Source: Candidatus Coatesbacteria bacterium | GTDB taxonomy: Bacteria > JAFGND01 | Length of the DNA: 39,735 bases | Direction: 5' to 3' | Assembly: GCA_016927185.1 (NCBI GenBank) | Contig: JAFGND010000108.1 | Span: 1-39,735 of the forward strand | Part shown: positions 1 to 8,233 of the stretch, in pieces | How the letters are laid out: each line of letters starts with the position of its first letter | Position numbering within the stretch: position 1 is the stretch's first letter | Translations under genes and position numbers: made by a program | Notes under the pieces: model-generated | Databases searched by the model: none | What the model was told of the DNA's origin: nothing | The model's input: only the letters and a program-made list of their open reading frames with translations

Positions 1-2
1 AG

Positions 3-530
3 ATACTTAAAAGATCCAGTGCCAAAATCGGAGATACTATATATTTAAGTGGGCCAACTGGATGGGCTGATCTTGGTTTGAAAATACTGAGAGAAGAAAA
101 AATCAATTGCCCGGATGAAAAACATGCAAAAAAGGCATTTCTATATCCAGAAGCGAAAATAGATATAGGAAAAAGAATTGCTGATTTAAAGGTAAATTCA
201 GGTGCAGCAATTGATATTTCTGACGGTCTTTCTCAAGATGCTCATCATCTGGCTAAAGCAAGCAAAGTGACACTTTTGTTCAATGAAAACCAGATAAAAA
301 AAATGTACCCAAACTATTTCCTCAAGGAAAGCGTATTCTATGGAGGAGAAGATTATCAGTTACTAATAACTCATCCATTTCCTTTAGAACTTATAAAGGA
401 AAAAGATGAGCATTTGTCTTCTCTCCTGTTCCCTGTTGGCAAGGTGATCAAGCAGGAAAAAAACCTGGTCTTGCTGGAATCAAATGGTGTGAATAAAGCC
501 CTCCCTGATAAAGGATGGAGGCATTTCTGA
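3..530 (+). CDS. thiL: Thiamine-monophosphate kinase, C-terminal part (5' end lies outside the window)
   Basis: The frame is open from position 3 (ILKRSSAKIGDTIYLSGPTG). It contains AAIDISDGLSQDAHHLAKAS, GGEDYQLL and the terminal GWRHF, all typical of ThiL. Confidence 0.92.
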   Translation: MLKRSSAKIGDTIYLSGPTGWADLGLKILREEKINCPDEKHAKKAFLYPEAKIDIGKRIADLKVNSGAAIDISDGLSQDAHHLAKASKVTLLFNENQIKKMYPNYFLKESVFYGGEDYQLLITHPFPLELIKEKDEHLSSLLFPVGKVIKQEKNLVLLESNGVNKALPDKGWRHF

Positions 531-1327
531 AAATGAACAATGCGCTTTTTGATGATTTCAAATACTGGGGTTTGCCTCAGTTACCGCCCGATTTGAAGTC
601 AAGGTGGTACGATATCATAAATACTTATGATAATGATGTAAAATTCTATGAAAGCATATTGCCTGGCGGCAACTATGATCTTCTTGAAATAGGTTGCGGA
701 ACAGGAAGACTCATTCCAACATGGCTAAGATACTTGAAAGGAAGGATTTTCGCTCTCGATAAGGAAAAATTCATGCTTGAAAGAGCTGTTTCTAAAACAA
801 GAAGCCATCCAGAAAAAGTGAGACTGAATTTTGTGGAAGCAGATATCCTTGATAAGACTCCATTACCAAAGGTAAATTTTGCAATAGCATCCACCAATTT
901 CCTGTCTCTTTTTTCAAACAAGATAAAAAGAATGAAATGCCTGACGAATATAAGAAAACTACTCTCAAACAATAATTCTGAACTTGTAGTAGACATAGAT
1001 GCATTCCCTGAAGGATTCAAAACCGAGAATTTTTATACGAGTTCATATGAAAAGGATGGTCACAGATTGCTTGTTCTTAGATATGACTACTACGGCAAGG
1101 AACCACATACAATAAGCAGTCAATATTTATATATCCCTTTTCAGGGCTTCAAACCATATGCTGCATTTACAGAAGAAACTGAAACCTGCTTTCCTCCTAC
1201 ATCAGAGCTTGAGGAAGAATTTCAGCAAGCAGGATTCAAAATTAAGACTATTTATGGAAATTATAATAAGAAAAAATACAGGAAAGAAGATCCTGTAAGA
1301 ATTTTCATACTGAATCCTGATTTCTAG
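515..1327 (+). CDS. Class I SAM-dependent methyltransferase
   Basis: Motif I LLEIGCGTGR, ALDKEKFML, FVEADI, and a C-terminal GFKIKTIYGNY. An alternative start is the ATG at 533. Confidence 0.88.
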   Translation: MEAFLKMNNALFDDFKYWGLPQLPPDLKSRWYDIINTYDNDVKFYESILPGGNYDLLEIGCGTGRLIPTWLRYLKGRIFALDKEKFMLERAVSKTRSHPEKVRLNFVEADILDKTPLPKVNFAIASTNFLSLFSNKIKRMKCLTNIRKLLSNNNSELVVDIDAFPEGFKTENFYTSSYEKDGHRLLVLRYDYYGKEPHTISSQYLYIPFQGFKPYAAFTEETETCFPPTSELEEEFQQAGFKIKTIYGNYNKKKYRKEDPVRIFILNPDF

Positions 1328-2787
1328 TAAAATTCAAAATTCTCTTCAAGAAGAGTGAAATGAGGAAGCTGTTCTATTTCCTTGTATTCTGAAGAGTCTA
1401 TTCCTAGATCAAATCTGTATCTGCTTTTCTGCAATATCTCTAGAAAATTCTCACAATTCCTGTTATTCAGCCTTAATATATGTGACAGATTAAACACCTT
1501 CTGAGTAGGCAGAAGTCTTACTACCTTTCCATGAGTTTCCTTGTAATTCCAGACAAAAACAATATCTCCCATTAATGTGATCTTGTCTATATCCATTGCA
1601 GTTCTGTAATGATGTTCAACATCTATTGTTAACGGTGCATCATTATCAGGATCAAACAAACCTAATGGTAGAACTTCTGGAAGATTCTTGTCAGAAAGAG
1701 ACACTACTTTCGCATAACCTCCCGTACCCTGGAAACCTTTAAGCCACAAATATTTGAAAAAATTGTCCTTTTTCCTTGAAAAAATCGCTCCTGCTTGTTT
1801 CAATTGGCGTTGAGTTGGATGAGTAATTATTGATCTGGAAAGCAGTCTCTTTGAATACCTTACTACAGTAGGAATTGAATCTATAAGCTTTTCCAATTCA
1901 ACGTAACCTAGATATTCGTCATAAAAACTGAATGGACAGCTTTCAGGAGAGGCAGGATAAAATGTATTAAGTTTGTCTCTTGAAATAGAGAGTAGAAAGA
2001 CATTGAGTAGATTAAAATATCTGCTTTCATTTCCAGTTATGATGAGCATCCCTTCAGGACTCATGTGAGTCTTCGCCAAGTTGACTATCCATTTTGCGAC
2101 CTGCATCGCTCTCACTCTGGGAGTTGTAGATTGAGGAATCGGAAGCGGATCAAAGACATGATTAGCTACTATAATATCATAAGTATAATTCTCTCTTTGA
2201 AGGTAATCTGTAAAGGAAACTGCGAATAACCTGACTGTGAAGCTAATATTACCAGATTTTCCTGTTATAACTATCTCCTTTTCATCAGGATTCTTTGTTT
2301 CTGTATATTCTCCTATAGTAGATTTCAATAGCAGTCTAAGAAAATGAGAAAACGCATTGTTATCTTCTATGCAGTCTATTTCAATATCTGTAGGAAACTC
2401 ATTAAAAATATTGGCATATAGTTTAAAGAATTGTACTATACCCAGTACTGATGAACCAATCTTGCTTTGTATTTCAAGAAAACTTATGCTGCGCTTTTCC
2501 TCGAAAAAACCAGATAATGCAATTTTCAAGAGATATTGCTGTAATGATTTTACCTCAACAGGAAAATTCCTCTGAAGATACAGGGTTGCCAGTTCATTCT
2601 GAAGAGCAAAAGAGAGATTTCTTTCTAATATTAATTTTTTCCATTCATTAAGTGATTCATCTATTCTATAAGCATTTTTAGGTTTGAAAAACTCTTGTGA
2701 GATAGCAAGAATGTTATCTTCGACTGGTCTTTCAAGGAATGATAATCTATTCAGGAAAATATTTATTTTATTAATATCCATTTGCAT
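1324..2787 (-). CDS. Hypothetical protein with a degenerate class I methyltransferase-like (Rsm22-like) fold
   Basis: 487-aa ORF. SFLEIQSKIGSS, IDCIED, YDIIVANHVF and MSPEGMLIITG occur in methyltransferase motif order, but motif I lacks the GxGxG glycines. Confidence 0.5.
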   Translation of the reverse strand: MQMDINKINIFLNRLSFLERPVEDNILAISQEFFKPKNAYRIDESLNEWKKLILERNLSFALQNELATLYLQRNFPVEVKSLQQYLLKIALSGFFEEKRSISFLEIQSKIGSSVLGIVQFFKLYANIFNEFPTDIEIDCIEDNNAFSHFLRLLLKSTIGEYTETKNPDEKEIVITGKSGNISFTVRLFAVSFTDYLQRENYTYDIIVANHVFDPLPIPQSTTPRVRAMQVAKWIVNLAKTHMSPEGMLIITGNESRYFNLLNVFLLSISRDKLNTFYPASPESCPFSFYDEYLGYVELEKLIDSIPTVVRYSKRLLSRSIITHPTQRQLKQAGAIFSRKKDNFFKYLWLKGFQGTGGYAKVVSLSDKNLPEVLPLGLFDPDNDAPLTIDVEHHYRTAMDIDKITLMGDIVFVWNYKETHGKVVRLLPTQKVFNLSHILRLNNRNCENFLEILQKSRYRFDLGIDSSEYKEIEQLPHFTLLEENFEFY

Positions 2788-3030
2788 TGTTTTGCAACAG
2801 AAGATTTGATTTTTTTGTCAATCCATAAAAGAACTTTCTTTTGTTTATTCTTAAAATTAATAAATAACCTCATCTAAAAGTATTTCCTGAAGGCAATATC
2901 TTGAGCTAACAATTGTATCAGGTCAATCTGTTAATCAAATGCCGAAAATATTTGACGAAAACAAGGTGATTATAAGCTCTCCCAATAACAAAATACTTTA
3001 ATTCATTTTGTTGACAGGAGTGGATATTAA

Positions 3031-6000
3031 ATGTCTGAAAACAAGTTTGAGCAAGTATCCTCTAATTATGACCAGCATCAGATAGAGGAGAAAATTTTAA
3101 AATTCTGGGATGAAAAAAGCATTTTCAAGTTGCTGTTAGAGAAAAACAAGGATAAACCCAAATGGTCTTTCTTTGATGGACCAATTACTGCCAATAATCC
3201 AATGGGCGTTCATCATGCCTGGGGAAGAACCTACAAGGATATATATCAAAGATACAAGGCAATGTGTGGCTTCAGGCTTAGATATCAGAATGGCTTCGAC
3301 TGTCAAGGTTTATGGGTTGAGGTTGAAGTAGAGAAAGAACTTAATCTTAATTCAAAAAGAGATATAATCAATTTCGGGCTTGATAAGTTCTCTAAGGCAT
3401 GCAGGAAGAGAGTAGAAAAATACAGCCAGGTTATCAAGAATCAGTCTATCCGACTGGGACAATGGATGGATTGGGATCATTCGTATTATACAATGTCTGA
3501 CACAAATATTCAATACATCTGGTATTTCCTGAAAAAATGCTGGGAAAAAGGCTGGATTTATCAGGGTCACAGAGTGATGCAATGGTGCCCGCGATGCGGA
3601 ACATCTCTATCACAGCATGAAATGACTGATAGTTACAAGGAAATGAGTCATCCATCCATTTTTCTCGCACTTCCTTTGAAAAACGAAGAAAACAATCACT
3701 TCCTTGTATGGACAACTACTCCATGGACTCTCACCAGCAATACTGCACTGGCTGTTCATCCTGATCTTACCTATGTAAGGGTAAAAGACATCTCTGGAAA
3801 AATTCTCATACTATCAAAAGGTTGCTTGCAAGTCCTGAATAAGGGATATGAGATTTTATCTGAGCATAAGGGTGAGGAGTTCATAGATTCTGTATATAAT
3901 GGACCTTTTGACGAGCTTATACCACAGACAGATGTGAAGCACAAAGTCATACCCTGGGAAGCAGTTGGAGAAGAAGAAGGCACTGGAATAGTCCATATCG
4001 CTCCAGGATGTGGTGCAGAGGATTTCGAATTAGGCAAATTGCACAATCTGTCAGTTATTGCACCAGTAGATGAAGATGGATATTTTCTAGAGAATTTTGG
4101 ATTTCTTGCAGGTAAAGAATCTAATGAAGCAAGGAAAGATATCTTCATAAACCTCAAGGAAAAAGGATACTATTACAAGGTAGAAAATTATATCCATAGA
4201 TATCCAGTATGCTGGAGATGCAGCAAGGAATTGATTTTCAGGCTTGTAGATGAATGGTTCATAAACACAGACAATATAAGAGAAAAATTGAAGGAAGAAG
4301 CTAGCAAGGTTATCTGGCAACCAGAATATATGGGGAAGAGAATGCAGGACTGGTTATCGAATATGGGGCATTGGTGTATATCAAGAAGGAGATTCTGGGG
4401 ATTGCCTTTACCTTTTTATAAATGCGAAAAATGCGGAAAGTACACTGTTATTAAGTCCAAAAACGATTTAAAAGAAAAGGCATTGGAAGGCAATATTGAT
4501 GAACTGCACGAGCTTCATAGACCCTGGATAGATAACATTGTAATTGAATGTGAACACTGCAAAAGCAAGGCTTACAGAATAAAAGATGTGGGAGATTGCT
4601 GGTTAGATGCAGGCATCATACCATTTTCTACTCTTGCTTATAAAAATATTGCATTTGAAGAGAACCAATTGGAAAAAAGCCATAAAGACTGGGAAGAATG
4701 GTATCCAGCAGATTGGGTATCTGAAATGAGAGAGCAGATAAGATTATGGTTTTACACGCTGCTTTATATGTCTGTGACTCTTGAAGGGAAAACACCTTAC
4801 AAGAAAGTACTCTTGTATGAAAAAGTAATGGATGAAAAGGGAAATCCAATGCACAAATCCCATGGAAATGCCATCTGGTTTGATGAGGCAGTAGACAAGA
4901 TGGGGGCAGATGTAATGCGATGGCTATATGCAGGAGCAAATAACGCAAATAATCTGAATTTTGGCTTCGGACCTGCAAAAGAGATTAAAAGAAAACTCTT
5001 AACTCTCTGGAATTCATATTCCTTCTTTATTCTTTATGCAAACCTTGATAAACCTTCCTTGAATGATCCCTTCTGTGAAATTGATATTAGGAGTCTTACG
5101 GATCTGGATAAATGGATTATTTCAAGATTACATACTCTAATTAAATCATGCAGAAAAAATCTGGATAATTTTGATATAATGTATTTGATAAAGACATTAG
5201 AGGTTTTCTTCGATGAACTTTCTAACTGGTATATTAGAAGAAGCAGAAGAAGATTCTGGAAATCAGAAAATGATCAGGACAAAAATGCTGCATACAAAAC
5301 ACTCTTTACTGTTCTTTCATATCTGACACGACTTCTCGCACCAATCACACCTTTTATTGCAGAAGAATTATTTCAGAACCTTAGGAAAGGTCTGCTGGAA
5401 GATAAATGGGAAACATCTGTACATCTAACTGAATACCCCTTGCCTATTGAAAGCCTTATCGATAATAAGCTGGAAGAAAAGATGTCTCTTGCCCAGCTTA
5501 TTGTTAAGCTAGGTCTGGCAGCCAGAAATGAAGCCAGGATAAATGTCAGACAACCATTGGCTGAAATAAAGGTTAAGTTACCAGAGAATCTCTGGAATGA
5601 ACTATTAAAAGAAACTGAAGGATCATCACTTAATGATGTAATAAAGGAGGAATTGAACATCAAGAATATTTCTTTCCTTCCTGAAGAGAGAATCACTGAT
5701 TACATAACATATGTCATTAAACCTGATTTCCAGATTCTCGGGAAAAGACTTGGAAAAGATCTAAAGGCTGTCATAGCTGCATTGACAAAACCAAATTCTG
5801 AATGGATAGATATGGTAAAGAATGGCTCAAGTTTTGCGATAGGTGATATCAAAATATCAGCTTCAGAGGTTCAACTTGAAATCCATTCCAGGCAAGATAC
5901 CATTTGTGCCTATGAAGAGGATATTTTTGTAATTCTTGATACAAAGATTACCAGGGAACTTGAACAGGAAGGCTTAATAAGGGAAGTAGTCAGGAATATC

Positions 6001-6231
6001 CAGGTACTGCGAAAAGATGCAAAACTAGATGTATCAGACAGAATTAATCTGTTTATTGAAGCTGATAAGGAAATAACTGAAGCAGTAGAGTTGTTCGAAG
6101 CATATATAAAGGATGAGACTCTTGCAGTTGCTTTAAATTATAAATTGGGTGACGATCTCACAGCAAAGGGAAATCTGAAAATAAAATCGTCGGAAGTTCT
6201 TATTGGGTTGAAAAAGGCGCAAAAGAGTTAA
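3031..6231 (+). CDS. ileS: Isoleucine--tRNA ligase, type 2 (IleRS2)-like, with non-canonical signature motifs
   Basis: 1066 aa. It has DGPITANNPMGVHH, editing-domain WTTTPWTL and GTGIVHIAPG, WCISRRRFWG, LSNWYIRRSRRRFW and an IleRS2-type C-terminus (EGLIREVVRNIQVLRK). An AGGAG Shine-Dalgarno lies at 3016-3020. Confidence 0.95.
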   Translation: MSENKFEQVSSNYDQHQIEEKILKFWDEKSIFKLLLEKNKDKPKWSFFDGPITANNPMGVHHAWGRTYKDIYQRYKAMCGFRLRYQNGFDCQGLWVEVEVEKELNLNSKRDIINFGLDKFSKACRKRVEKYSQVIKNQSIRLGQWMDWDHSYYTMSDTNIQYIWYFLKKCWEKGWIYQGHRVMQWCPRCGTSLSQHEMTDSYKEMSHPSIFLALPLKNEENNHFLVWTTTPWTLTSNTALAVHPDLTYVRVKDISGKILILSKGCLQVLNKGYEILSEHKGEEFIDSVYNGPFDELIPQTDVKHKVIPWEAVGEEEGTGIVHIAPGCGAEDFELGKLHNLSVIAPVDEDGYFLENFGFLAGKESNEARKDIFINLKEKGYYYKVENYIHRYPVCWRCSKELIFRLVDEWFINTDNIREKLKEEASKVIWQPEYMGKRMQDWLSNMGHWCISRRRFWGLPLPFYKCEKCGKYTVIKSKNDLKEKALEGNIDELHELHRPWIDNIVIECEHCKSKAYRIKDVGDCWLDAGIIPFSTLAYKNIAFEENQLEKSHKDWEEWYPADWVSEMREQIRLWFYTLLYMSVTLEGKTPYKKVLLYEKVMDEKGNPMHKSHGNAIWFDEAVDKMGADVMRWLYAGANNANNLNFGFGPAKEIKRKLLTLWNSYSFFILYANLDKPSLNDPFCEIDIRSLTDLDKWIISRLHTLIKSCRKNLDNFDIMYLIKTLEVFFDELSNWYIRRSRRRFWKSENDQDKNAAYKTLFTVLSYLTRLLAPITPFIAEELFQNLRKGLLEDKWETSVHLTEYPLPIESLIDNKLEEKMSLAQLIVKLGLAARNEARINVRQPLAEIKVKLPENLWNELLKETEGSSLNDVIKEELNIKNISFLPEERITDYITYVIKPDFQILGKRLGKDLKAVIAALTKPNSEWIDMVKNGSSFAIGDIKISASEVQLEIHSRQDTICAYEEDIFVILDTKITRELEQEGLIREVVRNIQVLRKDAKLDVSDRINLFIEADKEITEAVELFEAYIKDETLAVALNYKLGDDLTAKGNLKIKSSEVLIGLKKAQKS

Positions 6232-7553
6232 TTATATTCCTTTAGTTTTCTTTGAAGTGTTCTGACAGATATGCCTAGTTTTTTTGCTGCAATAGTTCTG
6301 TTTCCACCAGCTTTTTCTAAGGCTTTTTTTATTGCTTGTTTCTCCACTTCGTATAATGTTACTACTTCATCTTCATAAGGTATTGCTAGCCTTGGAAAAG
6401 GTGATTGAAAGAAATAATCTGGAAGATGTTCTAAGTTGGCTCCAGTTGAAGGAGCTATTATAAACATGCTTTCCAGGAGATTCCTTAATTCCCTGACATT
6501 ACCTGGCCATGGATATTCAACAAGCTTTTCAATGACAGCCTTTGAAATAGTTGGTCTATCACGGTTGTTTATCAATGCTAGTTGTCCCCAGAAATAACCA
6601 ATCAAAATTTTTATATCCTGCTCACCTCTTAATCTCAAAGGAGGTATATTGATTTGCACTACCCTTAATCTGTAAAATAAGTCTTCCCTGAATTTATTCT
6701 CCTCTACAAGTTTTGAAAGATCCGTATTGGTTGCTGCAATTATTCTTACATCAACGCTGCTTTCCTTGTCGCTTCCTACGGGATAAAACCTCTGATATTC
6801 AATTGCTCTTAAGAGCTTTGGTTGCAATTCTTTTGGCAGATCACCAATCTCATCCACGAACAATGTTCCACCATCTGCAAGCTGGAATTTACCCTGATAC
6901 TTCTTTTCCGCACCTGTAAATGCCCCTTTTTCATGACCAAACAATTCTGATTCAATAAGATTGGAAGGTATTGCCCCACAATTTATTGTAACAAATGGTC
7001 TGCTTGATCTCATAGACCTGTTATGAAGACTTCTTGCAACTAATTCTTTGCCAGTTCCAGATTCTCCCACAATAAGAACATTAGCTTTGGTAGGAGCTAC
7101 TTGCCTTATCAGATTATATATCTTCATCATAGGTTCTGATATACCTATCATCTCATCAAAACCGTACTCCTTATGAAGTATGTCTTCAAACTCTGCGACT
7201 CTTGCTGCAATGGATCTTCTATCAATTGCTATTTTAGTATTTTCATGTGTGTCAATATTCATGATTTTGATATAAAAACCTATAATTGCCTCTATTGTTG
7301 TATATATCGCTTTCCCTTCGTTCATTATTACAATAAAAATCTCCTTCTCAAAATTCCTGAGAAAGATAAGCGTGTTATAGAATTCCTTATGATTGATCTT
7401 TTTTATATCAACAATCAGGAAAATGCTGTCATCTTTTTTGCTTGTAAAACTAGTTAAATCTTCATTTGAATCTATAATCAGGTTATTTGATTGGAGATAA
7501 TTCAGTACCTCAACAAGATCCTCTTGGTTATTGAATAGAAAATCGTTCTCCAT
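6228..7553 (-). CDS. Sigma-54-dependent transcriptional activator (NtrC/Fis family) with an atypical N-terminal domain
   Basis: Walker A GESGTGKE, ESELFGHEKGAFTGA, Walker B LFVDEIG, FREDLFYRL, WPGNVREL and a C-terminal Fis-type HTH (GNRTIAAKKLGISVRTLQRKL). Confidence 0.93.
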   Translation of the reverse strand: MENDFLFNNQEDLVEVLNYLQSNNLIIDSNEDLTSFTSKKDDSIFLIVDIKKINHKEFYNTLIFLRNFEKEIFIVIMNEGKAIYTTIEAIIGFYIKIMNIDTHENTKIAIDRRSIAARVAEFEDILHKEYGFDEMIGISEPMMKIYNLIRQVAPTKANVLIVGESGTGKELVARSLHNRSMRSSRPFVTINCGAIPSNLIESELFGHEKGAFTGAEKKYQGKFQLADGGTLFVDEIGDLPKELQPKLLRAIEYQRFYPVGSDKESSVDVRIIAATNTDLSKLVEENKFREDLFYRLRVVQINIPPLRLRGEQDIKILIGYFWGQLALINNRDRPTISKAVIEKLVEYPWPGNVRELRNLLESMFIIAPSTGANLEHLPDYFFQSPFPRLAIPYEDEVVTLYEVEKQAIKKALEKAGGNRTIAAKKLGISVRTLQRKLKEYN

Positions 7554-7556
7554 ACC

Positions 7557-8228
7557 CTACGCAAACAAAGCTGTGCCAATTCTCAGGAAATCAGTACCTT
7601 CCTGTATAGCTATCTCGAAATCATTGCTCATTCCCATACTCAGTTTCAAATCATGTAAACCATAATGCTCCAATTTGACTGTAAGAACTTTCAATTCCCT
7701 GAAACAGTACCTTATTATTTTATCATCATCTGTATATGGAGCAATGGTCATCAATCCCTTTATTTTAAATCTTTTCATGCTAAGTATTGTATCTAAATTT
7801 TTAATAAGCTCATTAGATGTGAAGCCATGCTTTGTTTCTTCCCGTGATATATTTAACTGAATAAAAGAGAAAGGATTCAAATCAGTGTTAACTGAAAGAA
7901 ACTCATCTATAGCTTTTATAAGTTTTAAACTGTCAATTGAATGAAGATATCCAAAACTGTTCAAAATGGTTCTTGTTTTCCTGCTTTGCATATTACCAAT
8001 AAAATGCCAATTTATATCATAATCTTTCATAGAATTGATTTTTGGTATTGCATCCTGAAGCCTGTTTTCCCCAAAATCCCTTATATCAAGTTCGAATGCT
8101 TCCTTGATTTTCTCATGATTAACAGTTTTGGAGACAGCTACTATTCTTATATCTTCAGGTTTTCTCCCGCAAGAAACTGAAGATTTGTAAACCCTTTCCT
8201 GCAATTTTAAAAGGGATTCTTTAAGCAT
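7557..8228 (-). CDS. yggS: Pyridoxal phosphate homeostasis protein (YggS/PLPBP family)
   Basis: VAVSKT, FGENRLQD, WHFIGNMQSRK, GLMTIAP, LSMGMSNDFEIAIQEG and RIGTALF. Confidence 0.95.
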   Translation of the reverse strand: MLKESLLKLQERVYKSSVSCGRKPEDIRIVAVSKTVNHEKIKEAFELDIRDFGENRLQDAIPKINSMKDYDINWHFIGNMQSRKTRTILNSFGYLHSIDSLKLIKAIDEFLSVNTDLNPFSFIQLNISREETKHGFTSNELIKNLDTILSMKRFKIKGLMTIAPYTDDDKIIRYCFRELKVLTVKLEHYGLHDLKLSMGMSNDFEIAIQEGTDFLRIGTALFA

Positions 8229-8233
8229 AACAT

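Noticed and set aside
2788..3030. T-box riboswitch or RNA gene in the 243-nt region upstream of ileS
   Set aside because: There is no GGTGGNACC T-box sequence, terminator hairpin or cloverleaf. It looks like an AT-rich divergent promoter region.
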